From contig NMRA01000288.1 of the NCBI GenBank assembly GCA_002633005.1, forward strand, positions 384,300 through 448,299: a stretch of DNA of 64,000 bases. Reading direction: 5' to 3'. Both the position numbers and the translations under genes were made by a program. Below the pieces are notes generated by a model that saw nothing but the letters and a program-made list of their open reading frames with translations, was not told the DNA's origin and ran no database searches. Position 1 is the stretch's first letter; each line of letters starts with the position of its first letter. Below are positions 40,901-53,900 of the stretch, in pieces. The stretch comes from Phoronis australis. Lineage: Eukaryota > Animalia > Phoronida.

Positions 40901-41976
40901 TTAGTTATTAATGACTCCACCATAAAGCTCTAAGTTTGAGCCTGAACTCAAAATCTTGAATTTTTACTTGAGTTTGTAGCTCAAAGTGTGAACCTGGCCT
41001 AGACACACATCTAGTATGTAGACCTTGGTATGCTGAAGTCCACAAAAATAGAACGAAAAATGTCGTAAGTTCAATTTCCACAAAAAGATTAGAACCCACA
41101 CCTTGGTTTTGGGTCCCCGCTTTTGTTGTGGCTGTGTAGTTTCCATTAGATCGGGGACTGTGTATTAATGTTGCCATTTCACCAAGCAAAATGCAAGTTG
41201 TTAGTAAGAGTTTTTGCTTAAAATGGAGGAGAGGTAATGTAAAATAACAGTAAAATTCCTGGAGAGAAATTTATTAAAGAGTTCAATTTTTACATCATGA
41301 TATTAAGCACTCGAGCATCAAAATTTATGAAAGTTTTACTTGTCAGTCTCATCTGGGTTTATGCTCCATGTTCCGCTTGTGGTCCATCCGTGAAATTTCC
41401 AATTTTTCTCTTTTAAACGCCTATGCTCAACTTAATGTCCATCCCCAGCTTAATATACGATTAAGACTGCCTTAAAAGTCCCATTGTGTTTGAATGTCGG
41501 TCTCTGGAATATTTTAGCTCCTTAAACATTAAGCAACTCACCAGTCTTTGTGTAAAAGTTACTCAGGTAGTAAAATATCTACTAATTACTTAAAGTAGAA
41601 ATGAATTCATTGATACCTTTGGATCATGTATATTTGTGTGCTAAAAAAGATGGAAGACTGTGTAGGCAAATCAACCATTCGGGTGAATAGCCATCTCTTC
41701 TGAAAATTTTGCTGTTTTTATAAATCCATACTCGGCTTAACGCCCACTCCCTGGCTTTTATCTTTCCCAATTTTGGTGCCTGGCAATTCAATTTTGTGCA
41801 CTGAATGTTTTTCAGGTCTGGGCTGCACTACTGTCACGTCGCCCGAGGCAGCTGGTCTTGCAGCCGCCCAGGTATTGGCCCTCACTGATCACATGATCTG
41901 GTCACGGCTGAGAGCCAAGAAACTGAATACATGGATCGGCTTGAAGGAGTCTGACAGGAAAATCCGCCACAAATAG
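19941..41976 (+). CDS. PAICS: Bifunctional SAICAR synthetase / AIR carboxylase (multifunctional ADE2), 8 distinct coding exons, ~420-430 aa; exons 3-6 present twice
   Basis: Exons 19941(or 19971)-19980, 24333-24533, [28804-28982, 29310-29514, 31086-31255, 32363-32540] or [35601-35779, 36107-36311, 37807-37976, 38611-38788], 40017-40175, 41816-41976. Motifs [56 protein letters not shown]. Phases are compatible. Confidence 0.96.
20200..20540 (+). mobile_element. Degenerate 3' fragment of a non-LTR retrotransposon ORF2 (CR1/L2-like C-terminus)
   Basis: IEVFK...GYGFRG...[19 protein letters not shown] resembles the YG..S..Y.G..LWNSLP tail of LINE RT proteins. Confidence 0.65.
21085..21720. mobile_element. 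Non-autonomous TIR element with ~120-bp imperfect inverted repeats
   Basis: 21092-21205 (..CAAATACTCCCGTTATC..CAGTTCCCAAAATCGTGAACTCA) is the reverse complement of 21592-21705; the left end abuts N21084. Confidence 0.7.
24333..24533 (+). CDS. PAICS: PAICS exon 2
   Basis: [19 protein letters not shown]...KDKITAGDG...EGKAAIS. Confidence 0.95.
26324..28590 (+). mobile_element. Helentron/HINE-like non-autonomous element(s) with internal tandem-repeat array
   Basis: TTTTTATGCG start, CCGT/GTCC microsatellite at ~26352-26385, repeated ~140-bp subunits with CCTAGTGGC, and 3' end motif (C)GTTGCTCTTGTT-like at ~28076 and ~28590. Confidence 0.7.
28804..28982 (+). CDS. PAICS: PAICS exon 3 (copy A)
   Basis: VKTHFVRR...[21 protein letters not shown]...EIFYK. 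Confidence 0.9.
29310..29514 (+). CDS. PAICS: PAICS exon 4 (copy A)
   Basis: DDANHDPQW...FEILERAW...[10 protein letters not shown]. Confidence 0.9.
31086..31255 (+). CDS. PAICS: PAICS exon 5 (copy A)
   Basis: [31 protein letters not shown]. Confidence 0.9.
32363..32540 (+). CDS. PAICS: PAICS exon 6 (copy A)
   Basis: VVLMGSPTD...RVTSAHKG. Confidence 0.9.
32808..35378 (+). mobile_element. Second (probably allelic) copy of the HINE-like satellite-bearing element array
   Basis: Same subunits; 3' end motif CAACGCTCTGCGTTGCTCTTGTT or variants at ~33718, ~34878 and ~35376. Confidence 0.7.
35601..35779 (+). CDS. PAICS: PAICS exon 3 (copy B)
   Basis: Near-identical to 28804-28982. Confidence 0.9.
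36107..36311 (+). CDS. PAICS: PAICS exon 4 (copy B)
   Basis: Near-identical to 29310-29514. Confidence 0.9.
37807..37976 (+). CDS. PAICS: PAICS exon 5 (copy B)
   Basis: Near-identical to 31086-31255. Confidence 0.9.
38611..38788 (+). CDS. PAICS: PAICS exon 6 (copy B)
   Basis: Near-identical to 32363-32540; one R/Q change plus silent changes. Confidence 0.9.
39045..39552. mobile_element. MITE, hAT-like, 508 bp
   Basis: 13-bp TIR CAGGGCTTGGAAT...ATTCCAAGCCCTG flanked by direct repeat CTAAAT. Confidence 0.8.
40017..40175 (+). CDS. PAICS: PAICS exon 7
   Basis: [34 protein letters not shown]...[11 protein letters not shown]. Confidence 0.95.
41816..41976 (+). CDS. PAICS: PAICS exon 8 (terminal)
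   Basis: [20 protein letters not shown]...DRKIRHK, TAG stop. Confidence 0.95.
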
Positions 41977-43915
41977 ACCTCTGGTCTAAATAGCTCTCTA
42001 TTAGTCACAAATAGGCTTCTGGTCTAAATAACTCTCTTTCGTTTTGTCTCATTGAAACTGTGTGTTAATAGTTGGTGTTGGGCTAACCGTGTAAATCTAG
42101 ATCTAGTTTAGTCTTATAGAAAAAAGTAGTGTTAGCATGTTAACAAGTCAAACAGATCGTCTGACTCCAGTCAAAGTATTGGTGAAATAGGCCAGTAATA
42201 TCCCTAGAATGTGAATCTTATTGCATTCATGTACTTGTTATGCAGAGGCGAAACTTTGGGGAGGAGGGTGTGGCATTTCTTAATTTTTGACGATTTAGGA
42301 AGCGGAAACATCAGTTAATTAGAAGTAAAAGGGTATTTTTCATGGTAAATGGATAATTTTCATGAACAACAAATTCGTTAATAGCGTTTTTGTACCTGTA
42401 CCTGTGTTAATTAATGAGGAATACCATGCATGTTAATGTCTGTCTACGCTACGATTTTGTTTGTTTCTCCATTAAAGAACATAACTGAATTAAGCATTGC
42501 GAGGAGTCATGTGACATATAAAATTGTTATGGTTTTAGAAGAGTATTTGATATGGATGTTTTTGGGGCATGAAGGTCACTAGTTCTCAATGAATCAACAT
42601 TAGCCAAGGCATTTAACATGTTGAGGGTGTGTTTTGTAGAGCAAGTTTATTGCCAGAAAAGCAAAATAATGAAAGACCACACAAAATCACTCGAGTTAAG
42701 GAAGGCGTTTTGCAAGTTATCTTTATACTGTACTAGCGCAGACTACCAAAATGGAATGTTGAGTTATGCGGAAAATTCATGATCTCTGTTCGGTTCCATA
42801 AGTAAAGACCTGTTGTGGCTCAGAATGCATCCCAGCTTCACTTCTATGCTTTTGCATGTATAGACTATTCAATTCGTCTGCTGCTGCAGAGTTTTCTCCC
42901 TTTTTCGCCATTGTCAAGCCTGGGTAAAGTTGAGAAATGCTAGGACCTGCTAAAAAGCAAGACTTAGCGAGATTACTTGAGATATTACTGTGTATTTTAA
43001 ATGAGAACATGTGATTTTGGCTAGATTTTAGAGAGGTCCTAGCGTTACTGAAATCTTCCCTGACATTTTCAGCACCTCAATGGAGACAAGTTGGCCAATC
43101 ACTGAATGGCAGCTTAAGAATGGCCACCTGCTTTGAATGGCAGTAGAAAGGTCTATAGTGACTGGTAACGCTGGGGGGAGTTTATTTGAAAATAGGCAAT
43201 CCAAAGTATGGTTTGAAAAATAGTGAAGGTTTTTTAATGGGCTGTACCTTGTATGATGTACTGTTTGATCTGTGTGTGTTAATCATGAGTGGAGCTGATG
43301 TGAAGAAATGTAATATTTTTACCAAACTTAATTGAAAAACAGCTTGAGCCCATAATTTCACCTACATTTTGTTGTGGCTGAAAAATCAATAAATAAAGCT
43401 CGTCTCATCAAAACAATACTGTATGCTGAAGGGTAAGGACAAGGCATGACTAGGGCGCATGGCGTGCGTACGGTTTTGTTTCTTGTGCTGCTTTTGGTGT
43501 GGAGTATTTTTGCAACCAGAGTGAGGGTCACCGATTCAACAGGTCTCCTGGAAGAAATATTTCTTAATTTTTAACAACTGAGCACAGTAGCCAAAACTGT
43601 CTAAGAACAAGCAAGGCGTTTAGGATGCCGAGAACCATGCCTTCATCTACAAACTGGCGTGTTGAGCGAAGATACTGAGAAAAGCAATGTTCCATATGAA
43701 CACCTCGAAAATGAGCTGATATGACAGGCACTTTTTGAGGGTGGTTAAATTGCTATAATTGTAATAAACCGTTACATTTAAAACTTTCTTTTACTATAGT
43801 AAGTTAGCAACATAACGCGCACGTACGTACACAACGTAAACAGTTAGGGTGAAGTATTTATAAAATGCCGAAAAAAAACAAAACAAACCTACGAATTCGA
43901 TACGTATGAGATAAA

Positions 43916-44049
43916 TACAAAACGTACCTCGAGTGACGTACATGTAATAATATCCCACGAGACATTATTCCGCGTATCAACCTAGACCGAAATGGAATAA
44001 TGTCTCGTGGGATATTTCATGTACACCACGCTCGGTACGTTTTGTGTAT
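43916..44049. repeat. ~130-bp imperfect palindrome (MITE-like)
   Basis: AAAACGTACC..ATATCCCACGAGACATTATTCC / GGAATAATGTCTCGTGGGATAT..GGTACGTTTT. Confidence 0.75.
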
Positions 44050-44551
44050 GTCCCTTACTCTTAAGCTATGAAAACGGCTATGTCGGAAACGCAGATAGTC
44101 CGACAAATCCTTAGCGAGTCTTTAATATGCGTTACAATGTACGTACACTTGTTTGTGTTATGCCTTGAAACTTTCCCACAAAAGCGGACTTTCCTGAGAA
44201 ATTCGCTGTTTTACATCACACCCGGTTTTTCAATCCACTGAGCGATGCTCTCCAGCAGTAAATTGAACATACGGTACATAATAGTTCGAGATCGTGAGAA
44301 AGGTTTTAACCTAATTAAATGACATCAAAATGCAACTCGCTCCTCTCCACTGCCCGCCGGTTGCATGAAACAGTCCAAACTAGGGTTTTCATTTAACTCT
44401 TTTTGAAAGTCACTTATCTCAGTCAAAACACGAAACATTATCAAAAATAAAATTTAATATCTTTATTGTTTTATTCATGGTAATAATACAACAATAATTC
44501 CAACGTGACTTACTGTGTACGTCGATGATGACGTTTCTAACGAGACACCGC

Positions 44552-44958
44552 TCAGATAGTTACCTCTGGACTCGCGTCATAGTAAAAACTCTTCACTTCG
44601 TCTTCCGCGTTCTCTAAGCTTGTGGGTGGAAATTTACCGGCAATGTCGTCAGAATGCGGCAAAGCTTCAACATCTGGAGGTCCATCTGCTTTGGGCAGTT
44701 CGTGACCATCCGGTGGCAGTTGTAAAGTATCCGGAAGTTCCCCGGTGGGCGGCTGTTCGTCGACTCCTTCTGTCGCGTCCTGTTCTTCTTCCGGTGCCAA
44801 GTCTTCAAGAACGTGCTTCCTGTTTTTCTTAACAACCGCCCACACGATGATACCAATAGCTAGCAGCAGAAGAATTACGAAGATTGGAACCAGAATTGGA
44901 ATGAGGTCGATCGAGCCGGTTTGCTTGGACGTCTTCGATAACTCTTCATCGGTGTCCC
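44552..44958 (-). CDS. Transmembrane and cytoplasmic-tail exon
   Basis: LIPILVPIFVILLLLAIGIIVWAVV followed by the KKNRKH stop-transfer signal and an acidic tail; acceptor TTTAG at 44959-44963; ends at a donor at 44563 or the TGA at 44552. Confidence 0.8.
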
Positions 44959-47900
44959 CTAAAGTAATCCAATGAAGTAGAAATTGACTCACAAAGAACC
45001 TGTAACCAATGAAAACATATTGCATCTTACATCTTTCAAACATCGTTGCTGGTTTTTATGTTGTAATATGGACATACACCGCCTATACGAGAAGCCAATT
45101 GCATATGGACCCAATGCTGGCAAAATGGATTCCGATACTACAATGGCTGCTGTTTGTCAGTCTTCTAATGGCCACTAACTTAAATGGTGAACAGATTTGA
45201 ACTCCCCCGCGCATCCTAATGCGGACACGTGACCCCACAAGGCAGTTGGAATTTTGTTATTCGTTGATCTTAACCTCTATGTGTAGCTCTTCGCGATCTC
45301 ACGCCGATTCCCCGGCCCCCTCCAGTCACCGCACAAAGCACAAACATGTGTGTACTTATACGTTTAAACGTAACTGAATCTTTGAAAATTGCGGAGAAAC
45401 GTCTTTTGTGATTTTGTCGGACAGCACGTATTGCTTTGAAGGACATATTGGCTGGGCATTCATTTGCAATACTTAAGGGCTGGAGTGGCTGCTAAATAGG
45501 AGCTCTTTGTCAAAAAAATCATTGGAGGCAACGACCAGAAAAACACTTACCTATAGGTGTAAAAATAATGTCGGACAGTTTGCATAAATATCGCGTTTTG
45601 GGAGCACATACAAATCATGGCGCTTGAGTGAGTTATTGTCTATGCGTTGAATGCGATTACGTTATATCTTGTTGGCATTAATAAACATGATGAAAGTTTC
45701 TTCTTCAACAAATTTGAAATTGGTGTTTTCGGAAAAACTGGTTTGAGCATGAGGTCTCCATAGAGCCCAATTAACGTACGCAGAATTCTATGTTAGGTAA
45801 CGAGAAACGGGTGATGTATTGCATTGACGGTATTGCTATACACCTCCGCCATATTGATGATAACGTTGTACATTGTTCGCTTGCCCAGTGGTAATCTCTT
45901 CCAGACATCGCATCGAAATCTACGTATGAAACGGCAGTCTTGGAGAGATTGCCGCTGCTCCATGTCCTAGTGCATAGGTTTACTTCACATTGACTTTTGT
46001 GCTAAAGGTTCGTTACAAAGCCATATAATTAGAGTTTGCTTGCGCACTGTTTACAGTTACACACCAAAAGTTAGTGTTCCCAAGGTTGGTGGTGAATACG
46101 GCTAAATTCTAAATAAACCGATTTTTCTATATTATATGCATCGAAACCATTGCCAACGAACCCCTCACAAGAAGCCTACCACACAATCGATGACGATAGT
46201 GAGCTGGTTAGGGATCTGTGTTGGAATGTTGATGGGTGACTTTCGTTAACAACTGGACAAACCGCAATATTACTGGATCTAGCCTCTTTACGAGCAGAAC
46301 GGTCTTAAAACGAAAAAATCCACCACGTGACAGCGTTTGTGGGACTTCGACACGGTAACTACATTCTAGTTGTGATCTAAATGTGTTTATCGGAACTATA
46401 AATGTAGTGACCGGTGGTAACATTTAACATTGTTTACGAACTCACTAGCTCCTAGATGATTGTAATATTGTAATCGTCCTAATGCCCGTCACTACCGTAT
46501 TACATTGGCCACGTACATGGTATGCTCCCTTTCCCGCCACTGAAGTGGCTCAGCACATTTGTAATGTGGGTCCATGAACACATGTCTGCAAACCAGGGGG
46601 ATGGAAGTCGTACTACTCCCTTCCTCAGCAATCGCAACCTAGGATACCATCACAAAACTGCATGAAAAGACCAAAAAACAATTAAAGGGTTTGCCGGATG
46701 ATCGGGGCCGGGCGAGCAAGGGTCCAGGGTTTCAACAGGAAACAACTGCGTACAACCCCCGCACCCTCCCTCTTACATTCTTCCTGGCAATGGGCCCAAT
46801 ATGAAGCTTTTATAAAAAAACAGGGACCGGGAACGTTTTAAAACAGAGAACTGCGTTTAAAAGCACACACTAAACCCTGTTTTGATTATTTCAACCAATC
46901 CTCGTTCTGTCACTTGCTAATGCATCATTGGCGTCAGTCTTTAAAGACAAAGGCAGGGATCCTCACTCGATCTCACAAATTGGATGTTACGGTCCTTGAT
47001 GGGTGTTTTTCCCACAATTGCCGTGTAATTTGCTTAAAGCGTAGGTCACGCTTGCTCGTTTAGCAAACGTTGAAAGGAGTTTTCAAATTTCATCCAAACT
47101 TTTGAGGGTTGTCGAGGGTTACAGAACATTATTTTATTTCATCCGGGATGGAAAAGACGTTTTTAGTATCTGCAGGAAGGCATTACCGATTGGGTTTATT
47201 ACCCTTTTAAGGTGGGCAGGAGAAAAATTCATAGGAACTTTCAAAAGTGTCAATTTCTTGTCGACTTCATCGTGAACTTAACAAGTGTGTAAGACCTTCG
47301 TGATGCACGATCAACCTCCAGGGATGGGCTGTTGACACAACCAAGCCGACACGTTAGTCAAAGACATCAAGTTGGTAGGTTTTACAGATTTCGAACAAAA
47401 TGGAAGAAACATTCTACGACCGTGCCCTAAGGTGGTGTAACGGGTGCGTGGGCACCCCCAACCATCGGGATTTGGGGTCCGCCTAAGCAATCAGAGTTCA
47501 ATTCATATTACATGTACCTGTAATTTTTCAATTAACTCTGTAATACTCTTTTACTAAAAATACTTTTCGTTGCACTCATGAAAGGATGTCAGTTATTAGC
47601 AAACTGGACAAACCGCTAAGTTTAGTATTTTCGGCAGCTCTAGCTGTGGTCAGCTCAAGTTACGAAGAATGCACGCGCGATGGGAGGGGTTCATTTCTGT
47701 GGGCGCGCGCGTTGTGAACCCTGGGTACGCGGGTTATATGAACATATCAGGTACACAGCGGTCCAATACACAGCCATCAGACGGATCGCCCTGAAATCCT
47801 ACAAAAGGGCAAATATGCTGACAACTGTTATGAACCAGTCCGACGCCTCCGACGGCAACAAGAAGCCATTAATAGACTCATGTAAAACAAGAGGGTCAGC

Positions 47901-50900
47901 GCGACACAATGCGCCTTTCGCCATTTCCACCATGTTTACATTGTGAGAGCCTTTGAACTCATTGCCCACAGACAAGCTGCAGCATGTGAGGAGTACGCAG
48001 AGTTCGCGGAAAGATGGGAAACTAATTGCAGACGTTTGATTTTATTGTCGTATTTCTGACAGTATGTCAGTATCTACCATAGATAACAACGGTATCAATG
48101 CAGCGACCAAATTTTGTTTGATTTAAATGTTCACGATAAAAGCTCAAAAATATAAAAAATACTGTAGGCGGTCTGGTACACACGTTGTACCAGACGTGCG
48201 CAGGCCGCGCCTGTGAGCCCATTGCAGTGATCCCCTGGAACCATTTTTGTGCTTTGTTAATATATAGTTAAAACCGAGCTGGGGAACTAGAGACTTGACT
48301 CCAGGGTCTGGCAGTGTGGCCCAGTGGGACTGGAACGCGGCTACCTCGAGAGAGAAAGCGGCCACCTGTCACACTAGACCACAGTGCCTGCTCTAAATCT
48401 CAAAAAGCGTGTTACAGTTTTTCAAATTATCGCTTTGTTTTATCCAACTTTGGAGTTTTCTTAAAGAACGAAATGTCCTATTTTTTGACAGTCCCTCAAA
48501 CACAATTGGAACATTTTAACAGCAATTCCTAACCGTATGTTGGAGCACAGTGCACCGGCAAAGCATAGTACCTCTAAGTTTCAAATGAGTCCGGTCAATC
48601 ATTTTCCACATACGATGTCTCGAAGTTACCCAAACTTGGCCGTTTTTTTTTAGAGTCTGACATAACCTTAAAGAACTTTGGGTGCCTAATATTTTGAGAA
48701 AAGTAGTGGAATTTTATAGCCTGTGAAATTTTGTTTTGCATTTTTGAATGAATGGCCTACGGCGGTTAGTCGTAGTCGACCTACCTGGACATTTTGATAT
48801 AGTTGGCAAACATTCTCGAATGTTCTCGGCCTGGTCTGCTGTCGGGCAACCATTCCCGCCGTGAGAAGGCGGCGGATTGTCACACGTTCGTTTGCGTTTC
48901 ATTACGCCTTTACCATCACCACAAGTGACGGAGCAACTACCCCACGACCCCCAACTGCTCCAGTTTCCGGAAACTGTGAAGACAAATAGCGGATAGTTTA
49001 AGACAGAAAAGTCTCCAAATGCTATGATGTGAAATTCCATGTACAAAAAAATCAAACTACAGATCCACCAAAAGCTAAATGTGTTTCAGGTCACACACCG
49101 CCAAGCAATGAATTTGTCAAATTATAGCGTCATGGCAAGCGTGCAGTTTAGCACACGCTAATTCTTTCCGTAAATATTTTGCACTTTTTGAACAATTTTC
49201 TGAACGCTTTTGTTTGCTATTTGGACTTGAATAACATGTAAGTTTGCCCCTATTGAACTACGAAAAATCACAACCCTACCCGGACAAAACTTTTGCAACA
49301 CACAAGGTCTCTCTTCAGTCTTTTCCGAACATTTTTCCGGTCCTTTGTTGCACTCCCTTACACGTCTTTTAATCCCCTCGCCACACGTCTTGGAACAGGT
49401 GACCCAAGCTCCCCAGTCGGACCAGATTTCGACATGTGCTGTGCAACATAGGAACAACTGTAGTCTTACGGGCTGTGAGCCTCGGCAACGATGTGTCGTT
49501 ACAGTGAAATGAAAGTCCTGTCGTCCGTAAAAAGATTGTAACGAGTGTGGAACACGTAGACCAAATCACAGACTGGAACTTGTTTTATCAAAGGTCGCAG
49601 GTCTGCATGTACTGAGCTAAGGTCGTAAGCACGTTATTGCGAACTAGAAGCTGAGTTTTTTAAATGAGCGGAAACGTCACTATTAACTCCCGTCGTAGCA
49701 AAGACGTTCGTATAGTCAATTGGTATTGGTAAACAATTAGTTAATGAAAGTGGTCTTTCAACTTGAGTGTGAATTATGGTTACGTTTACGTCACCAATGT
49801 TAAATTTTTGCAAAACAGACAACGTAGTCTTCGCAATAACTATGCGCCTACGATCGTCTTCCATCACTTTCGATAAAACGGGATCCATTTACACAGTCTT
49901 TTTATTGCCAGTAATAGAACATACAGACAAATGTTTGTGCAGGAATGCATAACAGCATGCACTTGATATCTAAATGTGAACACACGTGCGCACGCACAGG
50001 CAAACACGCATTTCGAAATCAGGCATCAAATTTAACCGTGTCTAATATTTTTAAAGAAAAAAGAGTCAAAGGCAGACACTTTTTTCTAGTATTTCATATT
50101 CATAGTTTCCAAAGACACGTGTACATTTTAGTAAGGCTTGTAAGACATATACTTCCTGAAGAGTTCAAGCAGTAACATTTCGAGTCTTTGGCGGTAAATG
50201 TATTATTTTCCCAAATAAGCGAGTAAATTTTAAAACCTGATTCACGCAATTTACCAAAGAAAACATCTCTAGGTAAACTTTGGGTTTTGAAAGTAACCAT
50301 TTCTACAGTTTTACCTAATACTTTCAACACTACGGCGGCGTCCTGTCTAGAATCAACGAAAGTCTGTTCATTTTCTTTTTTTAATACATTTTATTTCTAA
50401 ATACACTAATATTTACAAACAATAAGATCTTTGCAAATGAAAGACAGGCACACGCACACACACATATCCAAATAATAGAAATTCACGGTTGGTCTAAAAT
50501 AAATAGGCATTGATGGTTTCCCAAAAGGCAGTTTTGCGGGATTGTATATTCCTTACTTTACAATAATTATACAAGAAACATTGAAATTGTGAATATCTAG
50601 AAATAATCTGGTTTCTAGAACATTTATGGATGAAATACTGGCAAATAGTTAATATGGTACTGATATCTTCAAAATTACATCCAAAATATGCTGCAAAAAT
50701 AACATTTTTATCTTAGATTAAATCGTGTTGTGCAGTTATACGTAAATTAAAAGTTTTTGAATTTCCCACCACAAAGTTTTCACAGAACCACATTCCACAA
50801 ACATATGGTTAAAAGTCCCAACAGTTCCACAAGATGCACACTTGTCATCACTGACTAAGTTCATCTTTTTCAAAATAAGTTTTGTAAACACTTTTCTATG

Positions 50901-53900
50901 AATATAGAAGTACTTAAAGGTTTTAACATAAGGAGGTAACAAGAGTTTGAGTGGAAGAACATAAATTTGTTTAATTCGTTGTCTAGAGTAAATGTCAGTT
51001 AAGCTATAGTCTATGTCAGTAGGCGAAACAATTTGGGAAAGCAAAGTATTTCTAGAAAACACATAAGTAATTTGGCTTGACTAGGGATGTGTGCGTTTTG
51101 AAATCGAAGGACCAGCTTTCAACTTAATCGCACGTCTCAAAGCAGCATAATGAATCCAATTTGAAAGGTTATATCTATTTTTAAAAACCTCCCATGTCAG
51201 AATTTTATTTTCAAAATTCAAAAGATCCTTCACAAAAGTAATACCAGCCTCAAAGAAACTGTTAAAGAATACAGTCCTCCTATTAATCAACATGTTTTTG
51301 TTATTCCATACTACTTGGTTTACAATTGTTATGTCCTTCTGTAAATGAGCACTAACTTCTTCCCAAGCAATCAAGATGTCAAGATAGAAGGTATCAATAT
51401 TTGCAAGAGACAGCAATTTACATAATTTGATTTAAAGATCAAAATACCTCCATATGTTTTAAAAACATACCCTGGAAACGCTTTGAAAACTTCATTGTTT
51501 CCATCTAAGCAACGCGTAACCCATTTAACTAATAATGACTTGTACATAATATTTATATCAGGAACTGACAAACCACCATTTTCATCGGTATTTACAGCCA
51601 CATTTTTTTAATTCTAGGTGGTTTATTTTGCCAAACAAATTTTTTATCATAGTATTTATCTTAGCTCTACTTTCGTTGTCAATTCCTAAATTGCTCACCA
51701 CATTAATTATTTTAGACAGCGCAAATGTTTGAATTACATTGATCCTTCCTAACAATGAAATATTGCGACTTTTCAAGATATCAAGAGACTTTTTGAAGGA
51801 CTTAATTTTGAGTTCATGATTTAAAAAATGATTTTCTTTTTTGTTATGACTAAAAAATATTCCCAGACTCTTGATTGATTTGCCAGTCCACTTGAATCCA
51901 TAAAGTGGTTCAGAACACTCTTTTTCTCTACCTAAATATAACCCTTTAAATTTCTTAATATTTAGCTGGAGACCAGAGAGTAAACCAAAATGTTCTAAAA
52001 ATTTGAGACAAGTCATGCCAGAATTTTTGTCATAAAGAAATAAGATAGTGTCATCTGCGTACTGGAGAATTTTAACTTTAGTTTTCTCAACACTTATGCC
52101 TTTAATTAAATTACACTGCGTCAATGCACAAATAACGACCATCAGGATCTTCGATACATCTTTTAACTGTAACATTTAAGTTGTTGTTAAACATGATGGC
52201 AACACCCCTGCTGTGCTCTGACCCATGAGCAGCATAGATTCTACTTCCCCCACTCATGTTCCCATTTATTAATGTTAATCATTATACTGTATGTTTCTTG
52301 TAAAAAGGCAATATCAACCCTCTCCTTCCTCAAAAAGGAAACAAATGCTGCCTCTTCAATTCATGATTTAAACCCCTGCAATTTAACGATATGAAGTTTA
52401 AGCTAACCATTGTCATCAATTGGGAAATCACAAAACCTATAACTAGATAAACCACTATAAAACCTTTCAACAAAAAATAAATGAACCGTGATAACGAGAA
52501 TATAGAAACCATTCACTCCGACACACACACACACACACCTACGAAACAACAAAAAAATATAGGCAACTGAAAGAATTCAAGTCCATCTCGTTCGGTCCGT
52601 CTTCACCATCTGGCTATCCACTTGAAGTTGCAAATTGAATATCTTCCGTACCCTTGATCACCTTTACAGTATAGTTCCGTTTGTCAACTGTACATAGATC
52701 CTGCCATCGCTGGACCAGCTACTTATGACTTTATCATTCTTGAATGCAGACTTGAGTAAATTATAGATTAGCGATGTAAGGTCTTCTAAAATATAATATC
52801 CCGTATCTTTTAGAACCTTCTTCTGTTTAAACACCTTTTCTCTAGTTTGATAAGAAATAAATTTCACAATCATTGGTCTCGGAGTTGTTGATTGGACAGA
52901 GAGTCTTGACACTCTACCTGTAGTTTTGAGTTTCCCAATTCGGTGCGCACGGCCAATCTCTGCAGGTTTAACTTTTACTTTAAGAGATTTTTCCAAAGAC
53001 TCTGTCACTGTTTGAATACATACTTCAGATTCCTCTTCTTTCAAACCATAGATGCGTAGACTATTCCTTCTTGAATACTGCTCAAGAGAATTCCCCTTTT
53101 CCTTCAAGACCTCATTTGCCCTTTTGAGCTTGACCAGTTCTTCATTCAACTTCGAAACCTCCTCTTTGATGATAAGTTTCACAGATTTTGCAATCCTCTC
53201 ATCTAGTTTAGCAAATCTTTCCTCTAACTGTTTTGCATCCATCTTGACCAGTATAACACTCAGCAAGGGTTATTTACACTCAGTGACTAACCTAGATTCC
53301 TTTCAATCATCCATGGTGGTTTCGAATGGTGACCTTTTACCACCAAAAGCAGGGGTCTAGTTCAGATAGCACTAATGTTGGTCAGTGAGTTGCCACTGAA
53401 CACAGCTATATCACTCATAGGAGGACAAGCCCCACTACAAACAGCAAACTTTATCTGGTGAAAGTATCTAAAACCTCGAAACAAGTTCATCAAAGTCTCT
53501 GACACAAATTTCACCTCTCTGCAATTTCCTGCCTGCTCCTGTACGTTCTTTTGCAAAATATTTCAGCGCGCAGCAGAATTGAAAGCACGGATCCACAGCA
53601 ATGTGCTATTTGGTGCGAGGAGGACAAAGCAACTATCGTACAAAAATAAAAGAGCGAAAGCGAGGCTCAAAATACCGCAAATCATCCAAGATTAGCATAA
53701 TAATCTTTTGCGCGAAAGATTCTCGAGCCGCACGCCATTCGATCACGCTGAATTCAAATTGCTCCACCTAAAAAGCAATTATGAATCAGTTTATATGTCC
53801 ATAAGTGATTCGTGCCTAGCCTTGGTACAAACCTGTTAGTCTACTCACAGCCGCTGTCTGGCCAACTCGAGCCCAGCGGAAACAATGTGGAGCACTATCC

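Noticed and set aside
46440-46660. Additional exon of the TSP1/FN3 gene
   Set aside because: It has acceptor- and donor-like ends but stops in all three minus-strand frames and no recognisable domain.
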